IMG/VR virus record: IMGVR_UViG_3300001598_000052
Span: 2,768 to 66,767 of that record
Source of the DNA: a virus
Lineage: Duplodnaviria > Caudoviricetes
DNA length: 64,000 nt
Direction: 5' to 3' (one strand)
The notes beneath the pieces are model-generated. The model ran no database searches. It was not told the DNA's origin and saw only the letters and a program-made list of their open reading frames with translations. Positions 19,068 to 28,677 of this stretch are shown piece by piece. The stretch's first letter is position 1; every line of letters begins with the position of its first letter. A program made the position numbers and the translations under genes.

Positions 19068-19430
19068 TTAATTTTCATTTGGTACAATATATTCACCACT
19101 ATCAAGGTCATAACTTGTCATTTCAGCAAGTTCTTCACCTTTGATTACACCAACTTCTACCATCTTACGAAGTGCCTTAAGATAAGCAATCTTTCTACCT
19201 ACACTCTTCTTGAAGACATCACGATAAGAACAGTGTGCAATACCAATAAACTTTACCATTGCATCCGGCTGGCTGTTTTCCCATTCAGAAACAAATACTA
19301 AAGTATCACGTTCATTCCAGCTTCTATATACTTCGCGACCATATTCATCACGTATAAATGTAGATTTTGGATGGTTTTTATAAGTTACTTTAACTAGAAA
19401 TCTTCTTCCGTTAGTTAATTCAATCTGCAT
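19068..19430 (-). CDS. Phage hypothetical protein, tandem paralog A
   Basis: Aligns with 19432-19791 (L.NGR.F..KV.Y, YGR.V, CSY.D.F.K..GR..AY). Confidence 0.75.
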   Translation of the reverse strand: MQIELTNGRRFLVKVTYKNHPKSTFIRDEYGREVYRSWNERDTLVFVSEWENSQPDAMVKFIGIAHCSYRDVFKKSVGRKIAYLKALRKMVEVGVIKGEELAEMTSYDLDSGEYIVPNEN

Positions 19431-19431
19431 A

Positions 19432-19791
19432 TTACTTTTCCTTTCTATTGTCTTGAGTCCATGTATTAAGTTTAAAGTGGTCGAGCTCTACGCTTTCTTC
19501 AGAATTAATTACGCCTTGCTTAAGCATTTCACTAATTGCGTTATAATACGCCAACTCTCGACCTGTCTTCTTACTATACCTGTCCTTATATGAACAATAA
19601 GAAAAGCCTTTAAAAATTGTATTAGAATAAGGTTTATCCTTTACTTCTTCAACAGTTACTGTTGTATTATGTTCATACCAATAGGTTTCTACCAGTCGGC
19701 CATATTTATCCTTCTGAACAGATTCCTTTGGAATTTCATCGTACTTTACCTTAATTGTAAATGCACGTCCATTTGATAGTGTTAGTCTCAT
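19432..19791 (-). CDS. Phage hypothetical protein, tandem paralog B
   Basis: See paralog A. Confidence 0.75.
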   Translation of the reverse strand: MRLTLSNGRAFTIKVKYDEIPKESVQKDKYGRLVETYWYEHNTTVTVEEVKDKPYSNTIFKGFSYCSYKDRYSKKTGRELAYYNAISEMLKQGVINSEESVELDHFKLNTWTQDNRKEK

Positions 19792-19879
19792 AATTTACCT
19801 TCTTTTGTTTTTAGTGAAATAAAATATAGCTAATATCAGAAGACATTAGCTATTAAAAAATATGTTTTATCTGAACTTT

Positions 19880-21082
19880 TTAAATAATTTTACGAGGTTT
19901 AGAATCAAACATATCGAGCATTTCATTGATGTGACCTTCTGATTCCAGCCAGCAATTTCCAGTATTAATGAAGTCATACTGCCAATTCATTACTTCGTTA
20001 TATTTGTCTTTTTTAGTTAATGCCCAGAATATTTTATCAATTTCTTCAGCTGTTGATTTGTCAGTAAACTTTGCATCATTATGAATTTCACGATATGGAC
20101 TGTCATCATTATTTGCAAAGATATTACCCATAAAGACACATCCGCATGCACAAGCTTCAGTAAAACGTAATGAGGATTTGCACTTATTGAAAGAATTATC
20201 TACAACAGTTGCAATACTAAAGTCTGCATGCACTTCCATGAACTTACGAGGGAAGGTATGAGAATCTGCCCATGGAATATATTGGATTTTGTCTCTAATT
20301 TCATCAAAGAAGAATGGTACTGAACCCATTACGACAAAATCTATTTTATCTTCTTTTACATTTTTAATAACCCAATCACATAGCCCAGTTTTCCAGTCAC
20401 CTCTATCTCCTGGCTGACCAGGATGTCCATTAGGAAAATTTGGATGCTGTCCAGGTTTTAGTGTTGGAATAGGTGTTTTAAAATGTGTAGGGCTTCCAGA
20501 ATAAATTACCTTTGGTTTTTTAATATCTTCAGTAATTTTCTTCTTTCGTTCAAAGTTCCACAAATAACGTGGTACAACATTTTTAATTACTTTAACATTA
20601 GGATGATGGAAAATTTTTTCAATCACACGTTTTAAAAATGGTGTTGATGCAATAACCATGTCACACATATCAATATTTGTCTGTAAATTTTTAGTTGACT
20701 TGTCAATATGTTTAACAATCGTATCATGACCTGGGTTATATGAAGGAACACCATCATCTTTGCCTTCACCGGTCATGAACACTAAGTCATCAAACTCAGC
20801 AACTAGCTTATACCCAAATTTTGGTTGAAGTTCTTTGTAACGTGTAAGAATCTGAACATCAGAATCCGTAATTGGTCTTTGGAAAATAATAGACTTTGCA
20901 CGAGACAAATAAACTGTGTCAAAAGTTGGATATGGCATGAGAGTTGGAATTACTCCCATGGTATATCCATTAATATATTCTGCATTGTAACGTAGGCGTA
21001 CGTGTGAACAACCACTGGTATCCTTGCAATAAATTATAGCAATATTTTTTCCATCTTGGTCTTCTGTATGTGCGTTTAACAT
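19880..21082 (-). CDS. Glycosyltransferase (GT-B fold)
   Basis: SGCSHVRL, IFQR, EFDDL, IASTPFL, YSGSPTH and FNKCKSSLRFTEA patterns typical of phage GT-B enzymes. Confidence 0.75.
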   Translation of the reverse strand: MLNAHTEDQDGKNIAIIYCKDTSGCSHVRLRYNAEYINGYTMGVIPTLMPYPTFDTVYLSRAKSIIFQRPITDSDVQILTRYKELQPKFGYKLVAEFDDLVFMTGEGKDDGVPSYNPGHDTIVKHIDKSTKNLQTNIDMCDMVIASTPFLKRVIEKIFHHPNVKVIKNVVPRYLWNFERKKKITEDIKKPKVIYSGSPTHFKTPIPTLKPGQHPNFPNGHPGQPGDRGDWKTGLCDWVIKNVKEDKIDFVVMGSVPFFFDEIRDKIQYIPWADSHTFPRKFMEVHADFSIATVVDNSFNKCKSSLRFTEACACGCVFMGNIFANNDDSPYREIHNDAKFTDKSTAEEIDKIFWALTKKDKYNEVMNWQYDFINTGNCWLESEGHINEMLDMFDSKPRKII

Positions 21083-21118
21083 TAATTCACCTCAAATATT
21101 AATTTTATGATATTTATA

Positions 21119-21709
21119 TTAGTCTTCAGACTCACCTTTAAAGTCATCAATAGTATTAAGATTTTCATAGAAATCCAAACCTGTAACTTCTTTTTCTTGA
21201 CGGTCTTTTAATTGGTTTAGATATAGGAGAATTGCGTTTGTGATCAACTGTGTAACAAATGCGAATGCACTACTGTTACGTTCTTCATCATATCGGTTAA
21301 TGTATGTGAACAATGTCATCAAACATTCCTGACGAATATCTTCAATATCTTCGTAAGCCTTTGTAGTAACTAACTTGAAAGATATGATTCGACCATTAAT
21401 AACTTTCATAAACGCATCGCAAATTTCAGCTTTTAATTTATCAAATTCATAGTTATAATGTCTACGTTCAGCATCAGTAAATTCTGCATACTTCTTATGA
21501 AGAGCAGCAATCTGCTGTTGCTTACGAGTGATAAAGTCTAAACTCTGCTGATACTTTTCTTCTTCAATTTTCTTATTCTTATACTTATTTTCTAACTTGC
21601 TGAGATATGGCTGACACCATGCACCGGTATCATCGATGTTCATACGATTAAAATCGACAATTAGTTTTCTTAAGTACTCATTTGATATGTAACCTTCCTT
21701 TTCTTTCAT
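21119..21709 (-). CDS. gp55: T4 gp55-like late-transcription sigma factor
   Basis: YISNEYLRKLI...EICDAFMKV...EDIRQECLMTLFTYINRYDEERNSSAFAFVTQLITNA matches the gp55 pattern; TATAAATA promoters throughout the window. Confidence 0.8.
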   Translation of the reverse strand: MKEKEGYISNEYLRKLIVDFNRMNIDDTGAWCQPYLSKLENKYKNKKIEEEKYQQSLDFITRKQQQIAALHKKYAEFTDAERRHYNYEFDKLKAEICDAFMKVINGRIISFKLVTTKAYEDIEDIRQECLMTLFTYINRYDEERNSSAFAFVTQLITNAILLYLNQLKDRQEKEVTGLDFYENLNTIDDFKGESED

Positions 21710-21798
21710 TGTTTCCTCATTTTATTTTAATAATTAAAATATAGTAATTATTATGTAAATAAAAATTTACATAATAATTAAAATCTGTATTTTTTAAA

Positions 21799-22716
21799 TT
21801 ATATGTGATGTGGAATAGAACCAACGCCAGGAACATGCGCTTGTTGCTTCGCTTTAGCAAGTTCTTTGCGGGAAAGTTCTTCTTCTTCCTTAATCAACTT
21901 ATTAATTACTTGTTGTTCTATCTCAACTTCAACCCAAGACCAATCATTTGTAATCTGAATATTTGAATATTTACTAATTCTAGTTATAGTTTCAAGAATT
22001 TCAAATAATTTTACCGAGCTAAATAGATGTTCATCATTAATCTTTAGGTTAATGTGACTAATACCGTTACAATGTGGACATACTATTTCAAACATCTCTT
22101 GAAAACCGCAGGAGTTCAATGCTAGATGATTATATAAAACTGAGTAATCTAATGCACTCAAATTTTCTACAAATAATTTTTTATCAGCAAATGTATTCGT
22201 TGAATTTATATACATTGCGACAGTATCAATTTCATCTTGGGGCTTATTCAATGATTCATAAAATTTTGGAATAGCAATTGGAAGTTGGATATTTGTGTCT
22301 GGTAAATATATTGTATCTACAAAATTGTTATCCAAATATTTTATATTAAACTGCTCTAACGTAATTGTTGCATCATATTCTTGCTTGCAATGTTCACATT
22401 GTTTAATTTTTAATTTGTATCCATTACGACTTGTAAAACTATTGTTTCGAATCCAAAATACTAGATACATTCTATCAGGCAAATAAATATCTTCAAGTTT
22501 AATATTTTCAAGAATCAAACATTTTGATAATATTTCATTACATATTTCTGTGGCAAGCGCTGGCTGATATGTAGCCAAGAACTTTACTTCCATTACAGAA
22601 AGGTTACGCAATTTTATTATTGCGTTAGGATTATAAAATTGTCCTCGTGTTGGCAATTCATACAATGGAATATTCCAATAGTTATATTGGTTATATGCAA
22701 AATGTAAATCACTCAT
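21799..22716 (-). CDS. Baseplate hub subunit (T4 gp26-like), paralog A
   Basis: LPTRGQFY...LSVMEVKFL...DRMYLVFWIR...CEHC...CPHC. Confidence 0.7.
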   Translation of the reverse strand: MSDLHFAYNQYNYWNIPLYELPTRGQFYNPNAIIKLRNLSVMEVKFLATYQPALATEICNEILSKCLILENIKLEDIYLPDRMYLVFWIRNNSFTSRNGYKLKIKQCEHCKQEYDATITLEQFNIKYLDNNFVDTIYLPDTNIQLPIAIPKFYESLNKPQDEIDTVAMYINSTNTFADKKLFVENLSALDYSVLYNHLALNSCGFQEMFEIVCPHCNGISHINLKINDEHLFSSVKLFEILETITRISKYSNIQITNDWSWVEVEIEQQVINKLIKEEEELSRKELAKAKQQAHVPGVGSIPHHI

Positions 22717-23759
22717 TATTTGAAATCACTCCAGAATTCTTCACTATCATAATTCTCATCAGCCATCATATCAATGGTCTTATTTTCTGCTAAGTCTTCC
22801 CTAATGATTACCTTACAAGAATCAAGGTCAATTTCAGGTTGTAAAGTTGCATAAATTGCCCAGTATAATGATGATACAGCGTCATCATGTGTTCCTTTAG
22901 CACCTTTAAATACATTTGGAGAAACTTCTTCGAATCGAGATAACTGAGAAATTGTATTTGCATCTACAATAGCAAGCGCATGTGAATCAACAAGGCGTTT
23001 CAATTCCATACATGCATCAAGCTTAGACTTTTTATCTGCGCGAGTACCAAGTCCGTGTTTATCTGTATTAATTAAGTTTGTATTTTCTAATGTATACCAA
23101 AGCTCTTCTGATACTTGACGACCAACATCATTATTTTCTAATATATAGAAACAGTTATTATACATAGTAGACGTTGCATCAATAATTCTTGCAAACTGAC
23201 CTGGATTTACAGTGTTTGACTGGTAGGTACATACCTGTTCCATTGATGTTCTCGAATTAATTTTTAAAACTTGCAATGCTGCATAGTCCCCGCCTACACC
23301 TGTTGCACAGTCAACACCCATTACATACAATGCACCTGGTATTGGTTTTTCATAAATTAACATATCTAAATCATACATATATTCTAACGGTTCTTTTTGA
23401 ACCAATTCACCAAGTACATTTGGGTCTACGAGCGTCTGAGAAGAACCGATAAAACTACAGTTATGATTAATTAAACCGTTAGTCGTTTCGTATATTTCAC
23501 CATCAACACTGACAGGTGTGATAACAGTTTGACGACCTAAGTCCTCGATCCACATTACAATGCTTTTGCCAAACTGAGTATTGTCTACAGTATCACCCAA
23601 TAAAAGTGTATCTGCTGTTTTAAAATCATTGCCGGATTTAAATTTATGGTCTGCTGAACATTTTATAATACAATTATCAAATCGTATTTCAAATACTCTT
23701 GCTACTTTCTTTTGAAAACCTTCAAAAGATTTAAACTCATTATCACATTTAATTTTCAT
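22716..23759 (-). CDS. terL: Terminase large subunit C-terminal (nuclease) half fused to a split-intein C-fragment
   Basis: Residues 101-347: CSFIGSSQTLV, MGVDCATGVGGDY, FYILENND, GTHDDAV (gp17 nuclease); residues 1-100 are intein-like; no ATPase domain; in-frame TGA two codons upstream of the ATG. Confidence 0.88.
   Translation of the reverse strand: MKIKCDNEFKSFEGFQKKVARVFEIRFDNCIIKCSADHKFKSGNDFKTADTLLLGDTVDNTQFGKSIVMWIEDLGRQTVITPVSVDGEIYETTNGLINHNCSFIGSSQTLVDPNVLGELVQKEPLEYMYDLDMLIYEKPIPGALYVMGVDCATGVGGDYAALQVLKINSRTSMEQVCTYQSNTVNPGQFARIIDATSTMYNNCFYILENNDVGRQVSEELWYTLENTNLINTDKHGLGTRADKKSKLDACMELKRLVDSHALAIVDANTISQLSRFEEVSPNVFKGAKGTHDDAVSSLYWAIYATLQPEIDLDSCKVIIREDLAENKTIDMMADENYDSEEFWSDFK
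23460..23759 (-). mobile_element. Atypically split intein, 100-aa C-fragment
   Basis: Block B CSADHKF, block G NGLINHN followed by Cys+1; block A (Cys1) absent; no endonuclease domain. Confidence 0.82.
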
Positions 23760-23808
23760 GATTCACCTTTTGTAAGAATTTTTTTACATATTTTTTTACT
23801 ATTTACTA

Positions 23809-23837
23809 TTTACAGTAAACTAATCACTAACTATATT
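23809..23837 (+). promoter_or_regulatory. Early promoter TTTACA-N17-TATATT
   Basis: Exact match to the early-region consensus. Confidence 0.7.
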
Positions 23838-23871
23838 TATAACATTCAAAAATAAAATAGGAGAATAACTT

Positions 23872-24141
23872 ATGATGCTATATAATGAATTTGAACGAGA
23901 AGTAGATAGGCTTCAATCAGAAATCCGAGCTCTTAAGAGTGAAGGAAAATATAAAGAAGCTGAAATTAAAGGTCTTGACCTTGTTTATTTGAAAGTTAAT
24001 TATTATGAAAATTGTATGACATCCGAAAAGATTCATTCAGTAAATTGCAGTTCATTTAAGAGCCAATATCAAACAGCACTTTATGAACTAGCAAATAAGC
24101 GTGATGCTTTGTTTGATAAGTTTGGTTACGAAGAAGTATAA
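23872..24141 (+). CDS. Hypothetical helical protein (89 aa), an early gene within the late region
   Basis: RBS AGGAG, own promoter and terminator. Confidence 0.75.
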   Translation: MMLYNEFEREVDRLQSEIRALKSEGKYKEAEIKGLDLVYLKVNYYENCMTSEKIHSVNCSSFKSQYQTALYELANKRDALFDKFGYEEV

Positions 24142-24145
24142 AATA

Positions 24146-24174
24146 AACCCTAGGTTTTAGCCTAGGGTTTTTAT
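24146..24174. terminator. Bidirectional terminator
   Basis: AAACCCTAGG-TTTTAG-CCTAGGGTTTTT. Confidence 0.75.
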
Positions 24175-24584
24175 TACTGAAACTCATTTGTTAAATTGTT
24201 TATATTAAACTTTTTAACTTTTTGGTAATCTTTAGCTTCATCATGTTTAACAATATCTATTCTTGTTGTATGTGGTTCAATTTCCTGTGCATTTTGAACA
24301 GAAATCATATTCCACTTCATTAACAAGAATGCAATACTATTTCTACGCTCAATATCTTCTAAAGAAACATTACCAAATCCATGATAACCAGTTTTGCTAG
24401 TCTCAAGAGTAAACAACTGTTTAAAATGTGCTAAATAAAAAGTACCAAATTGCTCTAGTAGATGACAAGACTGATAAATAATCTTTGCTTTTTTATCCAC
24501 AATACCTATACGAGTCAAAGTTTCTTCAATAATCTTTCGGTCAACTAGAAGCTTAATTTCTAACAATTTGTTTGTATCAAACAT
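24174..24584 (-). CDS. regA: Translational repressor RegA
   Basis: ETLTRIGI...IYQSCHLL...YLAHFKQLF...EDIERRNSIAFLL matches T4 RegA. Confidence 0.92.
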   Translation of the reverse strand: MFDTNKLLEIKLLVDRKIIEETLTRIGIVDKKAKIIYQSCHLLEQFGTFYLAHFKQLFTLETSKTGYHGFGNVSLEDIERRNSIAFLLMKWNMISVQNAQEIEPHTTRIDIVKHDEAKDYQKVKKFNINNLTNEFQ

Positions 24585-24585
24585 A

Positions 24586-25011
24586 TTAATAAACCTCCGG
24601 TTTCCAATCTAAATTCTTTAATTCTTTAGCAAAAAATTTATTAGCTAAATATTCGACATCTAATTCATCTGATGTTTCATTCATGAAAGAATCCATGAGA
24701 ATATTCTTTACTTTGGTGTATCTTACTAAGTCATGTTCATCGAGTTTAGCAAAACCATAGTCTGCATATCCATTAGCAAAATATACATCCTTAATTTTTT
24801 GTCTTAACTCGGTGATATTTAAAAATTTTTTGTTATAAATTAAGTATTTTACTTTATTAATTTCACGTGCTGTCCAGGTGTTGGGATTACATTTTGGTAC
24901 CGTGTCCTCAATAGTATCTTCTGCCTTAACAGGATTAATAACAGTATCGACAACTTTGTTGTCGGTACTTTTATTCATTTCCTGTTTTACATAGTCGTGA
25001 AAGCTAATCAT
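24586..25011 (-). CDS. Hypothetical protein
   Basis: ORF track. Confidence 0.7.
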   Translation of the reverse strand: MISFHDYVKQEMNKSTDNKVVDTVINPVKAEDTIEDTVPKCNPNTWTAREINKVKYLIYNKKFLNITELRQKIKDVYFANGYADYGFAKLDEHDLVRYTKVKNILMDSFMNETSDELDVEYLANKFFAKELKNLDWKPEVY

Positions 25012-25025
25012 ATATTATTTATAGC

Positions 25026-25820
25026 TTAAACTTTTGGTAAGAAGAACTGCGGAATGAAAGAAATCGGAAGATTGATGTCTTCACCACAAACTGGACACTT
25101 AAACTTTGCATATGGCTTAGCAGTAAAGACATAATCAGTCAAAATATTTGTAAGCTTACTAAAGGAGAATGCATCCATATTACATATGTACTTATAAGCC
25201 TGCATCAAAGACAATTCTTTACCATTTACCTTATAAACATATGTACTAAGATCTAAAAGATCGGATGCAATTTCTTCAACAATCTGATCGTTAGTTTTTA
25301 ACTTAACTGTATCGGCTTCTGTCTGAATAGTGGGGAACTTAATAGAAATCTTATCTTCACCTATTTCAAATTCATCAGGTAAGTCTTTATCAAGATAAGA
25401 TACTTCTAGGTTACTCAAACAGTATTCATAGTTTGCGATAGTATTACATTTTGTACATTCACCACGTAGCTTAAATGGAATGTCATTATATGTGAATGAA
25501 CGTAGATAGAAGATTAACCAAATCTTATCACCTACTAATACCTTATTAACATCAACACCAAAAAGACAAGACTGGATAACACCATTAATAATACCCTGAA
25601 TATTTTTTTCGTCGATCGTTGCTAAGTTTTTAATATTCATTGTGGTCAACTTTTTGACATATAAATCACCGGGATAAAACTTACCTCGAGACGGAAGCAA
25701 AGTCTTATCCAATAATACTGCTCCAGCTGGAATCTGGTTTTTCATTTGTGCAAGCGCAGATGCTAAATTGCCACTATTAACATTATTTAAATCAATTGGT
25801 TCTGATCTCATAATTTTCAC
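25026..25820 (-). CDS. Baseplate hub subunit (T4 gp26-like), paralog B
   Basis: LPSRGKFY...GDKIWLIFYLRSFTY...CTKC...CPVCG. Confidence 0.75.
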   Translation of the reverse strand: MKIMRSEPIDLNNVNSGNLASALAQMKNQIPAGAVLLDKTLLPSRGKFYPGDLYVKKLTTMNIKNLATIDEKNIQGIINGVIQSCLFGVDVNKVLVGDKIWLIFYLRSFTYNDIPFKLRGECTKCNTIANYEYCLSNLEVSYLDKDLPDEFEIGEDKISIKFPTIQTEADTVKLKTNDQIVEEIASDLLDLSTYVYKVNGKELSLMQAYKYICNMDAFSFSKLTNILTDYVFTAKPYAKFKCPVCGEDINLPISFIPQFFLPKV

Positions 25821-25869
25821 CTCACTTAAAAATTTATATATTTATATTTATTATGTTGATTTTAATGTA

Positions 25870-27804
25870 TTATCTACGTGTAATTAATCCATATTGGTCC
25901 ATAGATCTATATGCACTACCATATTTTTTCATCCATACATCTTTTTTAGTTCTTCTAACACCATTATTCTTAATAGTGCCAGCACTTTCAACAATATAAC
26001 GTTCACCGTCAATTCCAACTTCTGCTACAATATGACCTGGGCCGCCATTTGAACCTCCTTTAATTAATACGTCTTTAATTATTGAATTTTCAGATAGTAT
26101 AAGTGTTGGTTGTTTACCTGGTGTTGCCATGTCCTTATACATTTGATCTGTGCTTTCATATGTGCTAAAACCCACTACACCACCTTGAACTGGACCATCA
26201 TGTTCAATAACTTGACTTTGGCCATACGGTGTAAGACCTGAACCTTTCCAAAGTAATGAGCCACTAGCACCATCAGCTATGAGGAGCCCGGCAACAAAAC
26301 CATTACAATCGATGCCTTTAGTTGTACCATTTATTTCGGCACGTTTAATGTCATTTTCATTGTTAGTAGCAACATCGATAAATAAGGTTTCGCCAGTTTT
26401 CGTATCATAACCTACTTTACCACCGTAATTATAGCCCCAGTCTTTTGTCATCTCAAGATATGCTGCTGCACCCATGCCAGCGATACTACCACTGGGTTCA
26501 GTTATCTTTTTACCGCCTTTAACGCCAGCTACTTTTTCCCATTCTGCTCGTAAATTTGGATCTGAATTAAGCGCAGCAACAAGTGAACCTCCATATTTAA
26601 CAACAGCTTGAAAAACTTTATCTCGTGCTTCTTGATTTTCACCAAAAAGCTTACCAGCTTTATCAACAGTTTCCATATTTTCTACAAATTTAGCGAAATC
26701 TGCTTTTTGTTCAGGCGTAAAGTTGTCGGCTTCATCTGGGTCTATATTTGAATCTAGCCATAACTTTCGTAAAAACACATCTTCTGTGCTATCTATGCCG
26801 TCATATAAATTAATACCAAGTCCTAATAAATAGAATATTTTTTGTTGATTTTCTGATAGTTTTTCAAATTCGGCCTGTAAATCAAAATCAGTACCTTTTG
26901 TACGACCGTTCATCCTTTGATATGCAACATATTTTGTTTTAGCTATATAATTTAAGTCTTTCTTATTAGCCCCTGTAAGTTGTTGTAAAAAATCGAGGTT
27001 AATACCATCTAACAATTGATCATATGCAGCGCCATATTTTGCAACCAAGTTTGCTTCTTTTTGATCTAAAGTTTTCATGTTATCGAAGAATTCTTTGTTA
27101 GCTTTCTGTCGTTGCTCTTCTAATTCTCTGGCGCGTTTCTTAAGGTCATCATTTAATGATGTTAATTCATTATTATATGTAGCTAATTCTTTCGCAGCTT
27201 CTTCTTCACGGCGAGCTAACTCATCTTTGTTAACTAAGTTAGTTAGATCTTCTGTTTTTTCATTAAGTTTTTCCATTAGTCTATTCAATTCGTAAACAAC
27301 GGCAAATTCAGCTTCTATTTCAATTGGTTCACCTTTTGCTGTTTGACTAAATTCTGGTTGACTAAAAGATTTAGGTCTGCAAGCGTATATCTTTGATGAT
27401 ATTTTTTGCTTATATGAATAATCATATACATCGATTTGTATCTGAATAATTGGAGGAATTACAGTCATCCAATATTGTCCGCTCGGGAATAATAAACTAC
27501 TTAAAAAATTCGTAACATCCATTGTTTCAGTTTCAATGAATGATATTTTTAATGTTGAACTTGCAAAATCAAAAAGCGGTATTACATATTGGGTATTACC
27601 AAAACGTCTACGTGAATCTGACGAGTCTATTTTCCATGCCGGCATATCTACACTTTTTACATCAAATGATGGATTATAATAACCGCCACCTTGTTCAGGG
27701 TCGCCTATAGGTTTTAAATCATATGTATAAAAAGTTACTTTAAATCTATTTGAAAGTAACGGTGTCATATTATTTTGGAATTTGTATACGTTTAATAAAC
27801 CCAT
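25870..27804 (-). CDS. Tail-tube-like N-terminal domain, coiled coil and C-terminal NlpC/P60-like peptidase
   Basis: N-terminus NRFKVTF...VKSVDMP...LKISFIE; C-terminus GYNYGGK...GIDCNGFV...GHIV...IVES. Confidence 0.65.
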   Translation of the reverse strand: MGLLNVYKFQNNMTPLLSNRFKVTFYTYDLKPIGDPEQGGGYYNPSFDVKSVDMPAWKIDSSDSRRRFGNTQYVIPLFDFASSTLKISFIETETMDVTNFLSSLLFPSGQYWMTVIPPIIQIQIDVYDYSYKQKISSKIYACRPKSFSQPEFSQTAKGEPIEIEAEFAVVYELNRLMEKLNEKTEDLTNLVNKDELARREEEAAKELATYNNELTSLNDDLKKRARELEEQRQKANKEFFDNMKTLDQKEANLVAKYGAAYDQLLDGINLDFLQQLTGANKKDLNYIAKTKYVAYQRMNGRTKGTDFDLQAEFEKLSENQQKIFYLLGLGINLYDGIDSTEDVFLRKLWLDSNIDPDEADNFTPEQKADFAKFVENMETVDKAGKLFGENQEARDKVFQAVVKYGGSLVAALNSDPNLRAEWEKVAGVKGGKKITEPSGSIAGMGAAAYLEMTKDWGYNYGGKVGYDTKTGETLFIDVATNNENDIKRAEINGTTKGIDCNGFVAGLLIADGASGSLLWKGSGLTPYGQSQVIEHDGPVQGGVVGFSTYESTDQMYKDMATPGKQPTLILSENSIIKDVLIKGGSNGGPGHIVAEVGIDGERYIVESAGTIKNNGVRRTKKDVWMKKYGSAYRSMDQYGLITRR

Positions 27805-27855
27805 ATTCTATTTATAACCTCAATTTTTATAAATAACATATTGTGAGGTGATGTT

Positions 27856-28530
27856 ATGCTTATAGCAGGTTTAGATTTATCAATTTCGTCATCTGGCGTT
27901 GTGATTGAAGAAGTCGATGAAAAGTTTAATGTATTGAATATTACAAGACATGGGTTTACAAAAGTTAAAAAGAATTCTATATTTCCTGGTATAGAATATT
28001 ATAAACCTGAAGATTTTTTGAATAATTATCGTAGGTATCAATGGTTTTGTGATAAAATAGTATCTTGGTGTAAAGATTGCGAATATATTGCTGTTGAAGA
28101 CTATGCTTATTCTATGTCTGGAGCAGCGGGTATGATTTTTAGTTTAGCAGAATTTGAAGGTAATATTAAAATGTCGCTTTTCAGAGAAGGTTGTAAATTA
28201 AAATTTTATACTCCTAACCAAAATAAAAAGTTTTTTGCAGCATATGGCTCAGCTGATAAGATTGGCATGCGTGATGCATTTGAAAATTGGACCGGTGTAA
28301 AACCAGATTTAAGTGACTTACCAAAAGTAACAAATGGCAAAACCGGTAATAGTCCAACATCTGATATTATTGATGCATTTGCATTATGTGAATTTTTAAG
28401 AAAAGAACTAATAATTAAGAATGAACTTGAATTTATGGAAGACCAACCAAAATATATTCAAGAATGTTTTTTAACTATTACTAAGGAACATCCGGCCGGA
28501 TTGTTGAACTCTGACTTTTATTATAAATAA
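27856..28530 (+). CDS. RuvC-like Holliday junction resolvase
   Basis: IAGLDLSISSSG, IAVEDY, KKFF...ADKIGM, SDIIDAFAL (RNase H-fold D-E-D-D). Confidence 0.8.
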   Translation: MLIAGLDLSISSSGVVIEEVDEKFNVLNITRHGFTKVKKNSIFPGIEYYKPEDFLNNYRRYQWFCDKIVSWCKDCEYIAVEDYAYSMSGAAGMIFSLAEFEGNIKMSLFREGCKLKFYTPNQNKKFFAAYGSADKIGMRDAFENWTGVKPDLSDLPKVTNGKTGNSPTSDIIDAFALCEFLRKELIIKNELEFMEDQPKYIQECFLTITKEHPAGLLNSDFYYK

Positions 28531-28543
28531 TACAGAGGAATTT

Positions 28544-28675
28544 ATGACACGACTTGACGAAGCACTTAGGTATTTAAAAGAAAATGGATATATTAGCGAT
28601 GATACTAAACAAACTGAAGATGCTTCATCTGTTTCAGATTCATCTGAACAAATTGACGAAACTGAAGGAAAATAA
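28544..28675 (+). CDS. 43-aa mini-protein: N-terminal motif plus acidic tail
   Basis: MTRLDEALRYLKENGYISDDTKQTEDASS...; late promoter at 28522 and RBS GAGG. Confidence 0.7.
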   Translation: MTRLDEALRYLKENGYISDDTKQTEDASSVSDSSEQIDETEGK

Positions 28676-28677
28676 TT

